DNA from: Candidatus Kapaibacterium sp.
Lineage (GTDB): Bacteria > Bacteroidota > Ignavibacteria > Kapaibacteriales > UBA2268
DNA length: 64,000 bases
Assembly: GCA_963665665.1 (NCBI GenBank)
Contig: OY762428.1
Span: forward strand, 1,984,001 to 2,048,000
Reading direction: 5' to 3'
Within the stretch, counting starts at the first letter, position 1; each line of letters opens with the position of its first letter. This document shows positions 40,787-50,949 of the stretch, one piece after another. Made by a program: the position numbers and the translations under genes. The notes under the pieces were generated by a model that was not told where the DNA came from, did no database searches, and saw only the letters and a program-made list of their open reading frames with translations.

Positions 40787-41560
40787 ATGTCAGAAAACAA
40801 AGAGAAGAAGACAAAGGAATCCGAAGAAGAAAGTGAAGAAAAAGAACTAAGCTTTCTGGATCACCTTGGTGAATTAAGGAAAAGAATAATATATGCTGTA
40901 ATCGGAATTTTCGTCGGTGCAGGCGTGTCTGCACTTTTTATTGATTTTATTATGGATACTGCTCTGCTGGGGCCTGCCGTTGATAACGGCCTTGTTCTAC
41001 AAAACCTGAGGACTTTCGGCCAGCCGATTGTATTTTTCAAAGTGGTAGCTATTGTTGGTGTTATCATATCATTTCCTCACACTCTGTATCAGCTTTGGAA
41101 ATTTATTGCGCCGGGCCTTTACGAGAACGAGAAAAGCTGGGTAAGGGTGATAACTTTCTTTACTTCCCTTTGCTTTATGGTAGGCATTGCTTTCGCGTAT
41201 TTTGTAATGATACCCTCGATGCTTTCGTTTGCTGCATCTTTTGGAACAGAGCAGATAAAGAATAATATTGATATAAATGAATACTTCAGCTTCATTTCCA
41301 CAATACTACTTGCTGCGGGGCTGTTTTTTGAGCTTCCCATGGTTAGCTTCGTGCTTTCAAGGTTCGGTATGCTTAAAGCCAAAACTATGCGTAAATTCAG
41401 AAGGCACGGAATAATTGTAATATTGCTCCTTGCAGCAATTCTTACTCCGACACCCGACCCTGTAAGCCAGCTGATATTTGCCATACCGCTTTTCTTTCTT
41501 TACGAACTCAGCGTATTAATTGCTGTATTTGGTGAAAAGAAATATAATAGTAAGAATTAA
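40787..41560 (+). CDS. tatC: Twin-arginine translocase subunit TatC
   Basis: HLxELRKR, FIAPGLYENE, FELP, AILTPTPDP. Confidence 0.95.
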   Translation: MSENKEKKTKESEEESEEKELSFLDHLGELRKRIIYAVIGIFVGAGVSALFIDFIMDTALLGPAVDNGLVLQNLRTFGQPIVFFKVVAIVGVIISFPHTLYQLWKFIAPGLYENEKSWVRVITFFTSLCFMVGIAFAYFVMIPSMLSFAASFGTEQIKNNIDINEYFSFISTILLAAGLFFELPMVSFVLSRFGMLKAKTMRKFRRHGIIVILLLAAILTPTPDPVSQLIFAIPLFFLYELSVLIAVFGEKKYNSKN

Positions 41561-41644
41561 ATTATTCAAAAAAAGCTTGTTATTCGCCAACTTTAATTAT
41601 TTTTGTATATTCTTATTTATTCTTTGGATTAATAATGGAATTAA

Positions 41645-42619
41645 ATGGCATTAAAAGAAATCAGTAAGCCTGTTCATAAGGAACTTGAAACATTCAATAA
41701 AGTTTTCAAAGACTCAATGAAATCCGATGTTTCACTTCTGAACCTGATAATTGCATACCTTACAAGGAAACGCGGGAAACAAATCAGGCCTACCCTTGTT
41801 CTCCTTGCTGCAAAGGCATGCGGGGGAATTACGGACAGATCTTATACCGGTGCTGCTATGACTGAACTTCTGCATAATGCTACTTTGATTCATGATGACG
41901 TTGTTGATGAGGCAACCGAACGCCGCGGGATGGCTTCGATAAATGAAAAATGGAATAACAAGATTTCTGTACTTATTGGCGACTACCTTCTTGGAAAAGG
42001 ATTATTAACAGCTATTGACACTGATGAATTTGATTTCCTTCGTGCTCTATCAACAGCTGTTAAAAGAATGAGCGAGGGGGAATTGCTGCAAATCCAGAAA
42101 AGTAAGGATTTTGATACCGACGAGGATACTTATTTCAGGATAATCGGAGATAAAACCGCGTCGCTCCTTTCTGCCTGCTGCGAAATAGGAGCTATAAGCG
42201 CCGATGCCGACATGGATACCAGAGAGATATTCCGGCAGTTCGGGGAAAACATAGGCCTTGCATTCCAGATACGCGATGATGTTTTTGATTACCAGGGATC
42301 AAGCTCACTAATTGGAAAACCCGTTGGCAACGACCTGAAAGAAAAAAAACTTACTCTGCCATTGATCTATTCTTTCCGTCATTCCGAGAAAAGAGATTCA
42401 AAAAAAATACTCGGGTATATCAAGTCCGGAAATCTTAGCAAGGATAAAATCAAAGAGATAGCAAATTTTGTTAACACCAGGGGCGGTATAAAGTATTCAG
42501 AGGAAAAATCTTCAGAATTATCCCGGAAAGCAGTTGATTTACTATCACCTGTAAAGGATAGCGATGCTAAGGAATCGCTTATCAGCCTTGCCGAATATGT
42601 GATTAACAGAAAAAGATAG
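41645..42619 (+). CDS. ispB: Polyprenyl diphosphate synthase (octaprenyl/heptaprenyl type)
   Basis: GKQIRP, LIHDDVVD...RRG, GDYL, KTASL, FQIRDD, GKPVGNDL. Confidence 0.88.
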   Translation: MALKEISKPVHKELETFNKVFKDSMKSDVSLLNLIIAYLTRKRGKQIRPTLVLLAAKACGGITDRSYTGAAMTELLHNATLIHDDVVDEATERRGMASINEKWNNKISVLIGDYLLGKGLLTAIDTDEFDFLRALSTAVKRMSEGELLQIQKSKDFDTDEDTYFRIIGDKTASLLSACCEIGAISADADMDTREIFRQFGENIGLAFQIRDDVFDYQGSSSLIGKPVGNDLKEKKLTLPLIYSFRHSEKRDSKKILGYIKSGNLSKDKIKEIANFVNTRGGIKYSEEKSSELSRKAVDLLSPVKDSDAKESLISLAEYVINRKR

Positions 42620-42693
42620 TTTTTTTTCAATATTTTGCCTTAAACTTAGTCATTAAAATAAAATTTAATTAGAATAATCATGGAGAGCTTCTA

Positions 42694-43398
42694 ATGGAAA
42701 AAGAAGTTTATTACAAAGAATTAAGCAACGAACAGGTAGCTGATGCTCAGCGTGCATTTCTTACAAAAGTATATTCCTGGATGGTTGGTGGGCTTGGAAT
42801 TACTACCCTTACGGCATGGTGGGCAAATTCAAGCGGGCTTGACGTTAGTATAGCGCTTGGCGGATACTCACTGTTCCTGATAATACTTCAATTCGGATTG
42901 GTATTTGCACTTAGCGCAGCAATTAATAAAATGAGCCAGACAGTAGCAATGATCTCATTTATTGCCTATTCATTTCTTACAGGGCTTACTTTTTCTGTAA
43001 TTTTGATGGCCTATACCACAGAAGCAATATATAATACATTTTTAGTTACTGCATCTATGTTTGGCGCCTTAAGTTTATACGGATTCGTGACGAAAAAGAA
43101 CCTGTCGGGCCTCGGGTCATTTATGTTCATGGGGCTAATCGGCATCATTATTGCTGCTGTATTGAATATGTTCATTGCCTCATCGGCATTGGGCTTTGTA
43201 ATTAATGTGATTGGCGTCGTCGTTTTCGCGGGCCTTACCGCTTACGACACTCAGCGGCTTAAAGAAATGCACTACCTTATGTTGCAAGGAGAAGAAATTG
43301 CAACAAAAGGGGCTATTCTCGGCGCTCTGAGGCTTTATCTTGATTTTATTAATTTATTCCTGCTCCTGCTCTCATTCTTCGGAGGCAGCAGGGATTAA
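42694..43398 (+). CDS. Bax inhibitor-1/YccA family membrane protein
   Basis: 7 TM segments; YDTQ and LYLDFINLF motifs. Confidence 0.92.
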   Translation: MEKEVYYKELSNEQVADAQRAFLTKVYSWMVGGLGITTLTAWWANSSGLDVSIALGGYSLFLIILQFGLVFALSAAINKMSQTVAMISFIAYSFLTGLTFSVILMAYTTEAIYNTFLVTASMFGALSLYGFVTKKNLSGLGSFMFMGLIGIIIAAVLNMFIASSALGFVINVIGVVVFAGLTAYDTQRLKEMHYLMLQGEEIATKGAILGALRLYLDFINLFLLLLSFFGGSRD

Positions 43399-43415
43399 AA
43401 ACAAACGAATAATAT

Positions 43416-44543
43416 ATGAGTGAAATTTCTCCTTTGTTTGCCGTGGAAGCCGAACAGCTTATGCTGGCCGGTGAAGTTGACGAGGCAGTGCGATTATGCC
43501 TTGAAGGCCTTGATGTGTACCCGGGATATTCGGCAGCCTACCTGATACTGATCAGATCCTTCAGGGAAAAAGGCAAATATGATGATGCGATGGATATTAT
43601 TCGCAAGGCAGAGGAGAAATTTCCACGAAACCCCGGTATTATTGCCCTGAAATCCGAACTAAGATCTGCAAGTAAAGAAATATCAACACCAGCTCTTGAC
43701 CCGGAAAATGCTTCTGAAACCAGCAATAATACAAATAAAGAAAATATTAGTCTATCTGAAGGAATTGAAGAAAACCAGAATTCCGAAAGTTTTAAAAAAG
43801 TAAAAAATCAATCTTCTGATGAAATCATCCCAGTCATTGATGAAGATACGGCCAAAACTGATGAAGATGTAATTGCTGAAACGGATAATGAAAAAGAAGA
43901 GCCCGTTGATTTTGAGGATAAGGTGATTGAAAACGATGCCGATTTTGATGTTGATGCCATTAGTAAAAAATTTGAAACCCAAAAAGAATCCGATAAAACA
44001 ACCAAAGGCCTGCCACTTTCGATACTTCTTGATATTGATCCCGGGGAACAATACGAAAGTTCGAAAACAATTAAACATGATGATCCCAACCTGATACCGG
44101 GAATTGATTTCTCTCCCCTTGGAATTAGTACAGATAATATTACAATACCCGAGCTAAAAAGCACTCCTGTGTTTTTTCCTCCTTTCCCTGAGTTTTCAAG
44201 GGGTGATTTTGATCTTGGGGGCGTGGATACTCTTTCTACTGTTAAAAGGGCGGATAATGAAGACAGCATTCCTACCACCCTTTCCGGTCCTTCACAAACA
44301 ATTGAAGAATTGGCCCGCAGGCTGGAAAGCCTGAAAAAAGAAGGCAGCTCCGATATTAAACTACCTGAATCCGAATTGAAAAAACCTGTTGTTACTGAAA
44401 CCATTGCTGATATATTTATCAGCCAGGGGCTTTATGATGCTGCAATAGATGCTTTCAATGAATTGATAACAAGTTACCCGGACAAAAAAGAATATTTCAT
44501 AAGCAGAATATCTGAAACAAGAGAATTGCAAAATCCTTGCTGA
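43416..44543 (+). CDS. TPR-containing protein with acidic linker
   Basis: N-terminal TPR helices; C-terminal VTETIADIFISQG...YP..KEYF. Confidence 0.75.
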   Translation: MSEISPLFAVEAEQLMLAGEVDEAVRLCLEGLDVYPGYSAAYLILIRSFREKGKYDDAMDIIRKAEEKFPRNPGIIALKSELRSASKEISTPALDPENASETSNNTNKENISLSEGIEENQNSESFKKVKNQSSDEIIPVIDEDTAKTDEDVIAETDNEKEEPVDFEDKVIENDADFDVDAISKKFETQKESDKTTKGLPLSILLDIDPGEQYESSKTIKHDDPNLIPGIDFSPLGISTDNITIPELKSTPVFFPPFPEFSRGDFDLGGVDTLSTVKRADNEDSIPTTLSGPSQTIEELARRLESLKKEGSSDIKLPESELKKPVVTETIADIFISQGLYDAAIDAFNELITSYPDKKEYFISRISETRELQNPC

Positions 44544-44547
44544 GCAA

Positions 44548-45474
44548 TTATTTCCCGAGTATCATTCTGCCGTCTGTTACAGGTTTATCATCACCGGCAA
44601 AATACAATTCCAGATTATAGCCTATTTTATCAACAATTCCTGATCTTATTAATTCCCTGTCCCCGCCGGACGGATCGGTATAAATACTGGCAAATTTACC
44701 AGGGGCAACGGACATATCCCGGTATTTGCCTAACATATTCTTATACCCGTTCTGAAGCAGTGCCTGATAATTTTGTTCAAGTTTATTCAGAAGTATCCTA
44801 AGCGATGTTGATACATTAGTTTTTTCTTTCATAAAATCATTTATACAGGCTGCTGCAGGCACATAGCTGTCGGTAATAACCTCCGGCGCCATTTCCACAT
44901 TAACTCCTATCCCGAGTATCGCGGCATTTACAATATTTCCCATAAGTTTTGCCTGTGCCAGTACCCCGCTTACTTTATTTCCTTCTATCAGAACATCGTT
45001 TACCCATTTGATGCCGGCATTTTTTTCCATCCCGGGAAAATCATTTATCATTTCAGCCACGGAAACAGCAGACAGCATAATAAATCCGAGGCTTAAATTT
45101 TCAATTTCACGGTTCGGGGCAAGATAAGCAGATAAGTGTATATTGCCTCCGAGGCTTTCCCAGTACCTGTTCCTGTAACCGTGAAATTCCCTGCCCTTGT
45201 CTGCAAGGCAAATAATATTACCGGGAAATTCCGTTTTTGATGATTCTTCTATCAGGATATCATATTGCGATCTTTCAGCAAAATCTGTTATGAAAGCATA
45301 ATCCCATATACCAGGAAATTCAATGTCTGAATTATATATTTTGTCCGAATCAAGCAATCCCGAACACAAAGAAGCAATGGGATTATCGATCATATCCGGG
45401 TTTGTTCCTGCCCATTTTGTTCTAAGGCCAAGAATTTTTTCTGCGTATATGCGGCTGTCTGTGTAAACTATCAT
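44548..45474 (-). CDS. Divergent biotin-protein-ligase (BPL/BirA catalytic fold) family protein
   Basis: KWVNDV...KVSGVL, GIGVNV; GRGRxGR loop replaced by EFHGYRNR. Confidence 0.8.
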   Translation of the reverse strand: MIVYTDSRIYAEKILGLRTKWAGTNPDMIDNPIASLCSGLLDSDKIYNSDIEFPGIWDYAFITDFAERSQYDILIEESSKTEFPGNIICLADKGREFHGYRNRYWESLGGNIHLSAYLAPNREIENLSLGFIMLSAVSVAEMINDFPGMEKNAGIKWVNDVLIEGNKVSGVLAQAKLMGNIVNAAILGIGVNVEMAPEVITDSYVPAAACINDFMKEKTNVSTSLRILLNKLEQNYQALLQNGYKNMLGKYRDMSVAPGKFASIYTDPSGGDRELIRSGIVDKIGYNLELYFAGDDKPVTDGRMILGK

Positions 45475-45595
45475 TATTTCAATCCATGGAAATTATCAAA
45501 ATTAAATAATTTCATTATAAAAAATGCTTTTGATTTTTCATTTTAAATATTTATTATTACAAACCGTGAAAAAGAAAACGATTGGAGTTTTTAAG

Positions 45596-46717
45596 ATGGC
45601 AAAGCAAAAGACCGATTTTCTTCCTGCAGAAAGAACAGACAACGCATTGTTGGATATTCAGGCCAAAGATATGTCAAATATCAAAAACCTGAAGGAAATA
45701 TCCAAAGCAATACCGGATGTATTCATGATACTTAACCAGGAAAGGCAAATAGTGTTTTCGAACCAGGCTATGTTTGACTTTCTTAATGTAAAAGATGAAA
45801 AAGAAGTTTGCGGCCTCAGGCCAGGAGAAGCTTTTTCCTGCGAGAAAGCTTTTATCGACAAAGGCGGGTGCGGAACAACAGAATTCTGCCGGACATGCGG
45901 GGCAGCACAGGCAATTGTTAACAGCATGAAGGGAAAAGCCGATGTGCAGGAATGCAGGATTATACGTAAAGAAAACGGAGACCCCCTTGACCTTAGGGTT
46001 TGGACTACTCCTTTCAAACATGAAGGTAATGACTATACCATATTTTCTATAAAAGATATAAGTAATGAAAAGCGCAGGCGTGTTCTGGAAAGGCTGTTCT
46101 TCCATGATATTATCAATACGGCAGGAGGCCTGAAAGGCTTTGCTTCACTTCTTAAGGATTTCCCCGAGGATGTTGCCGAATACAAAGATATTATTTTTAT
46201 GCTCTCGGAAAAGATAATTGATGAAATTCAAATGCAGAAATTGATTTCATCTGCCGAGAACGGAGACCTGGTGCTTTCACTGCTTACTGTAAATACCAAA
46301 ATGCTGCTTTCCGAATTAGAAGATACTTACAGAAAACACGAAGTTGCAGACGGGAAATATATACACTTAGACAGATCCACTGCTGATGTGAGTTTTGAAT
46401 CCGACCCTACCCTGTTGCGAAGAGTTCTTGGCAATATGATTAAAAATGCCCTGGAAGCATCCGAGTATGGTGATACCGTAACAATTAAAGCTGATAATAC
46501 CGACGGCGCTGTCCTGTTCTCTGTTAACAATCCGGCCGTGATGCCGAGAAATGTTCAGCTCCAGGTATTCCAGAGGTCATTTTCAACAAAAGGAGGAGAC
46601 AGGGGGCTGGGAACCTACAGCATGAAATTACTTGGCGAAAAATTCCTGAAAGGCAAAGTCTGGTTTGATACCGAAGAAGGAAAAGGAACCACTTTCTACC
46701 TGCATTTGGATATTTAA
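45596..46717 (+). CDS. Soluble PAS-domain sensor histidine kinase with 4-Cys motif
   Basis: FFHDIIN (H box), NMIKNALEA, FSTKG..RGLG; PAS with C-x9-C-x5-C-x2-C; ATG 45596 after GGAG. Confidence 0.88.
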   Translation: MAKQKTDFLPAERTDNALLDIQAKDMSNIKNLKEISKAIPDVFMILNQERQIVFSNQAMFDFLNVKDEKEVCGLRPGEAFSCEKAFIDKGGCGTTEFCRTCGAAQAIVNSMKGKADVQECRIIRKENGDPLDLRVWTTPFKHEGNDYTIFSIKDISNEKRRRVLERLFFHDIINTAGGLKGFASLLKDFPEDVAEYKDIIFMLSEKIIDEIQMQKLISSAENGDLVLSLLTVNTKMLLSELEDTYRKHEVADGKYIHLDRSTADVSFESDPTLLRRVLGNMIKNALEASEYGDTVTIKADNTDGAVLFSVNNPAVMPRNVQLQVFQRSFSTKGGDRGLGTYSMKLLGEKFLKGKVWFDTEEGKGTTFYLHLDI

Positions 46718-46774
46718 TTTGTTTATACTCCGTTTAAAGGAAAAATATGTTAAATATTTTAAAAAATAAAAAAA

Positions 46775-46866
46775 TGTCATTCTGAGCGCCAGCGAAGAAT
46801 CCATTCTTAATATTTTTATACTAAAACAAGTGGATTCTTCAGTCGCTTCGCTCCGTCAGAATGACA
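46775..46866. repeat. REP/MITE-like palindrome family 2 (GTCATTCTGAGC..GCGAAGAATCC...GGATTCTTC..TCAGAATGAC)
   Basis: Terminal inverted repeats TGTCATTCTGA/TCAGAATGACA; copies at 53425 and 13049. Confidence 0.85.
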
Positions 46867-46957
46867 ATTTTACAATTATTCTTTTCAAAACAGAATAATA
46901 TCATCTTAGCTGAGTAGTAACTTTAATTTTATTCCATACTCAAAAACAATAAAAAAC

Positions 46958-46997
46958 AGCGCTGCTGTCTTCACCTGTAAAAGAAGACAGCAGCGCT
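46958..46997 (-). terminator. Intrinsic terminator of adk
   Basis: AGCGCTGCTGTCTTC...GAAGACAGCAGCGCT hairpin with a minus-strand T tract. Confidence 0.8.
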
Positions 46998-47018
46998 TTA
47001 GTAAATCAGGCCGGAATA

Positions 47019-47669
47019 TTATTTGAATTTATCCAGCACTTCGCAAAATCGGTTGAATACATCATCAAGAGCACCAACTCCGTCAACTTTTACAGCAATA
47101 CCTTTATCTGTGTAATAACCTATAAGCGGCATTGTTTGCTTTTCGTATACTTCCAGCCTGTTCCTGATAGGGCCTTCGTGGTCGTCATCCCTTTGGATAA
47201 GCGCAGACCCGCAGGCATCGCAGATGTTTTCCTTTTGCGGCGGCTTAAATATCAGGTGATATGATTTCCCACAGTTCGTGCAAGTACGGCGTGCAGTAAG
47301 CCTGCTGACAAGTTCCTCGTTCGGAACTTCAAGCACCAGTGTAGAATCTAATTTCTGGCCCATTTCTTCAAGAAGTTTATCCAAAGCTTCTGCCTGCGGG
47401 ATAGTACGCGGGAAACCATCAAGGATATAACCGTTTGCCATTTCGGGTTTTCCCAGTTCATCCCTTATCATATTGATGATCACTTCATCGGGAACAAGAT
47501 TTCCGCCATCAATATATTTTTTGGCGAGTGCTCCCAGTTGAGTTCCTCCCTTGATATTTGCCCTTAGTATATCGCCTGTGGAAAGCTGGATAATACCATA
47601 TTTTTGGGTAATTCGTTCTGCCTGTGTTCCTTTGCCGGCACCCGGAGGGCCTAAAAAAATCAACCTCAT
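47019..47669 (-). CDS. adk: Adenylate kinase with zinc-finger LID
   Basis: GPPGAGKGTQ, STGDILR, LDGFPRT, CxxC...CxxC LID, QRDDD. Confidence 0.97.
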   Translation of the reverse strand: MRLIFLGPPGAGKGTQAERITQKYGIIQLSTGDILRANIKGGTQLGALAKKYIDGGNLVPDEVIINMIRDELGKPEMANGYILDGFPRTIPQAEALDKLLEEMGQKLDSTLVLEVPNEELVSRLTARRTCTNCGKSYHLIFKPPQKENICDACGSALIQRDDDHEGPIRNRLEVYEKQTMPLIGYYTDKGIAVKVDGVGALDDVFNRFCEVLDKFK

Positions 47670-48787
47670 GCCAATTCCTCATTGTATTATTAATAATTCA
47701 ATTGTCCGCTCTCTTTTTCGGCGGTTTAGTCCTGAGGCCACAGCTCTTGGTCTCTTCAAAAAAGCTTTAACTGTCTTTTCCGTCTTCTCGATTTCAAGTG
47801 ATTAAACAAATAAAAAAAAACAATAAAGGCAATATTTATTTTCATTCATACTGGAAAAAAATATTTGGCTGTAACCAGTATGTGGATTATTTCACGGCAA
47901 TTCCTTATAAATCGAAATATTATTACAATTGTATTATGCCCGCCCCGCCCCGATGCATTTTAAGATCACGCAGTGATATGGAAAATCCGGCTCAGGTTAG
48001 GCCGGATTCATAACAGAAAATCCATCCTGAAGTATAATTTACGGAATTTCCTGCTCAGGAATGAAAGATCACCAAGCCTTATATCCCCAACCCGCCCTGA
48101 TCTATCATTCTTTGGCCTCAGGCAATAGTTGTGCCTTATCACTTCAAAGAAGTTCAGCATCATAAACACGAATATTTTGATAAATATATTGATTACATGG
48201 AATTATACATCCATAGCCGGATATATTGAAGCAATCTCAGGCCACATTAAACCGACATCGGACCACGCTATACGCTTCATGGACATCATTGAAAGATTCC
48301 CTGACCGTATAATAGCAAAGGTTTGCCATAAAATCAGAATATTTTGCCTAACTGCCTGCTTGCTTAGCCCATAAGAAAACCCGTTTTGCCTAATTAATTG
48401 CATTTTTTAAATAAAACCCCGGAAGGTAAGCCTGAAAACCACCTATAGATTATATTAATAATTAAATATCTAATCCAATATATTATATATTATACTAATA
48501 TTATTAAATATCAAGTATTTATAATTAAATATATAATATATTCAAGCCTTGATATAGTTTATCTAACAAAACTTTTAATATATCTTATTAAATATTTTAT
48601 ATAACTAATAATTTATCCTTTATATTCAATAAATTCAATTTTATAAACTAATAAATATATGCCGTAAAGTATTAAATAATCAGTTTGTCTATTTAATTAG
48701 CCGGACTGATTGAACGGCTTCCTTTAAAAAAAACAGCGATTTAAGGTGAAATAATCTTAACTTGCAAAAAATCAAAAGGAGCATCAA

Positions 48788-49075
48788 ATGGCAAACAAAC
48801 GAAGAAATTACAGTTCAAAATTCAAAATGCAGGTAGCCCTGGAGGCAGTCCAAGAGAGAAAAACAATAACCGAGCTGGCATCGGAGTACGGGGTTCATCC
48901 AAACCAGATAAGCATGTGGAAAAAGCATTTAAAAGAAAGTGAAAAGGAAGTATTTGAAAACAAGCGTGGGCCAGGGAAGAATAAAAAAGAAAAAGACGAA
49001 TCAGTATTATATGAAGAAATAGGCCGGCTAAAAATTGAATTAGACTGGTTAAAAAAAAAATTGGGACGTGAGTAA
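48788..49075 (+). CDS. IS3 OrfA (HTH)
   Basis: RRNYSSKFKMQVALE...ELASEYGVHPNQISMWKK; A10 slippery tract at 49051-49060. Confidence 0.92.
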   Translation: MANKRRNYSSKFKMQVALEAVQERKTITELASEYGVHPNQISMWKKHLKESEKEVFENKRGPGKNKKEKDESVLYEEIGRLKIELDWLKKKLGRE

Positions 49076-49913
49076 AGAAGAACGCAGGAAGATGGTAGAT
49101 GCTGATAATAAAGAAATTAGCATAAGCCGGCAGTGCGAGCTTTTGGGTATTAGCAGGAGCTGTTATTATTACAAACCCAAGGGTGAAAGTGAAGCAAATA
49201 TTCTATATATGAAGCTGATCAAAGAACAATTCGCGATTACTCCATTTTATGGAGCCAGAAAAATGACAGCACACTTACGTTCTTTGGGATACCATGTTAA
49301 CTATAAACGAATCAGGCGATTAATGAAATTATTGGGACTTCGGGCAATATATCCCCAACCGGACACGAGCAAACCGAACAAGGAGCACAAAATTTATCCA
49401 TACCTGTTGAGGGATATGAAAATAAGTCGTCCGGATCAGGTTTGGAGCCTGGATATAACATATATTCCGATGCGTAAAGGATTTATGTATCTTATAGCAA
49501 TTATAGATGTTTATAGCAGGTATATCGTCGACTGGGAATTATCGAATAACCTTGAGAAGGAGTTCTGCATAGATACAATAAAAAGGTCTTTGAAAACCAG
49601 GAAACCGGAAATAACAAACACGGATCAGGGCAGTCAGTTCACGAGCAATGATTTTGTGAAAACGATTCTGGATGCTGATGTTAAGGTAAGCATGGACGGC
49701 AAGGGCCGCGCCTTGGACAATGTTTACATAGAACGCTTCTGGCGGAGCTTTAAATACGAAGACCTGTATCTGAAGTCTTACGAAGACGGAAAAGAGCTCT
49801 ATGGCGGTATAAAGGCTTATGTCGATTGGTATAACAACACGAGGCCGCACGCAGGAATTGAATACCAGATTCCGGCTGAAAAATATATGAACGAACAGCG
49901 GTTCGTTAATTGA
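49068..49913 (+). CDS. IS3 OrfB DDE transposase (likely fused to OrfA by -1 frameshift)
   Basis: WSLDITY, TDQGSQF, DNVYIERFWRS, YNxxRPH. Confidence 0.93.
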   Translation: MSKEERRKMVDADNKEISISRQCELLGISRSCYYYKPKGESEANILYMKLIKEQFAITPFYGARKMTAHLRSLGYHVNYKRIRRLMKLLGLRAIYPQPDTSKPNKEHKIYPYLLRDMKISRPDQVWSLDITYIPMRKGFMYLIAIIDVYSRYIVDWELSNNLEKEFCIDTIKRSLKTRKPEITNTDQGSQFTSNDFVKTILDADVKVSMDGKGRALDNVYIERFWRSFKYEDLYLKSYEDGKELYGGIKAYVDWYNNTRPHAGIEYQIPAEKYMNEQRFVN

Positions 49914-50402
49914 AAACTTTGTTGGAAAAGTGAAAAAATGCAATCCGGTAAGCAATTGATAAAAAAAGAAATAGAAAGGAGAGTGAAAGTTATCCACAAT
50001 TTCCAGGTTGTTAACAAAAAGAAAAAAAAGTAGCAAAAAAAAGAAAAATTAATATTATTACATATTTTTTTCTTATTTTATTAGAGAAGAAGTATAGATT
50101 AATAAACACCATAAACTATACTTTTATTTGTCTAAGCAATAGGGAGCATTTCAGATTATTTGCTTAGAAGCTTAATATATTCTATAATTCGATCTTGATA
50201 TTTTATAAAATCTAAAGAAGAATTGATAAAAAGCTTAGAATTATCGTTTGGATAAAGTGATATTTTAATTGATTATATTATTAATTTTATTAATCGATAT
50301 GATTATTTAGTATTTCAATAAATATATTTAATACAAATACTTATTTTATTAATAATTTTAATAATGTATTTTATTAATTGTCTTTGTTAAATAAAATATT
50401 AA

Positions 50403-50666
50403 GGCAGGCATTCCGAATTCTGATGCAGAATAAGAAAATAACACAACAGAAATTCCGGATTCTGATGCAGACAAAGCAGATAATATGGCAGGTATTCCCT
50501 ATTCTGATGCCGAATAAGAAAATAATATAACGGACATTCCATATTCTGATACAAACAAAGCAGGTAATATGGCAGGCATTCCGGATTCTGATGCCGAATA
50601 AGAAAATAATACACCGGACATTCCTCATTCTGATGCAGACAAAGCAGATAAATAGGCAAGAGTTCC
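50403..50666. repeat. Degenerate 42-bp tandem repeat x6 with alternating A/B units (84-bp higher-order period)
   Basis: ATTCCnnATTCTGAT core at 50410, 50452, 50494, 50536, 50578, 50620. Confidence 0.92.
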
Positions 50667-50949
50667 GTAATAGAAACTGCCGCTTTCTTGAAATTCCGCC
50701 ACTTAATATTTCCACAACATAAAACATATTGATTTTCATCCGTATCAGGCTTCTCCCGGGAAGGAATTTCCCTGTAAGCTTATACTTTTGGATTATTCTT
50801 GTTTTGTGAAATAATTTAATTTCGCGGCCTGTCCAAAATATTATACATCAATGCATTATTCCCAACTAAGAATCCCGTTTTTGAAAAAAAATCCTTAAAT
50901 TGCAAAAAATCTATATTAGGCATTTTTAACGAATTAGAGATTTTCATCT

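Larger units (their letters stand above)
48711..50153 (+). mobile_element. IS3-family insertion sequence (1443 bp) with 3-bp target duplication GAT
   Basis: TG...CA ends; imperfect IRs TGAACGGCTTCCT / AGGGAGCATTTCA; GAT at 48708-48710 and 50154-50156. Confidence 0.92.

Noticed and set aside
47798-48403. Short ORFs 47798-48013, 48129-48374, 48203-48403
   Set aside because: No motifs or clear RBS and they overlap on opposite strands; possibly decayed coding DNA but not assignable.
49990-49998. DnaA box TTATCCACA suggesting oriC
   Set aside because: Single perfect box lying inside the IS3 element; no box cluster or dnaA nearby.
50403-50666. CRISPR-like array
   Set aside because: Inter-core segments recur in alternation rather than being unique; cores are degenerate and short.
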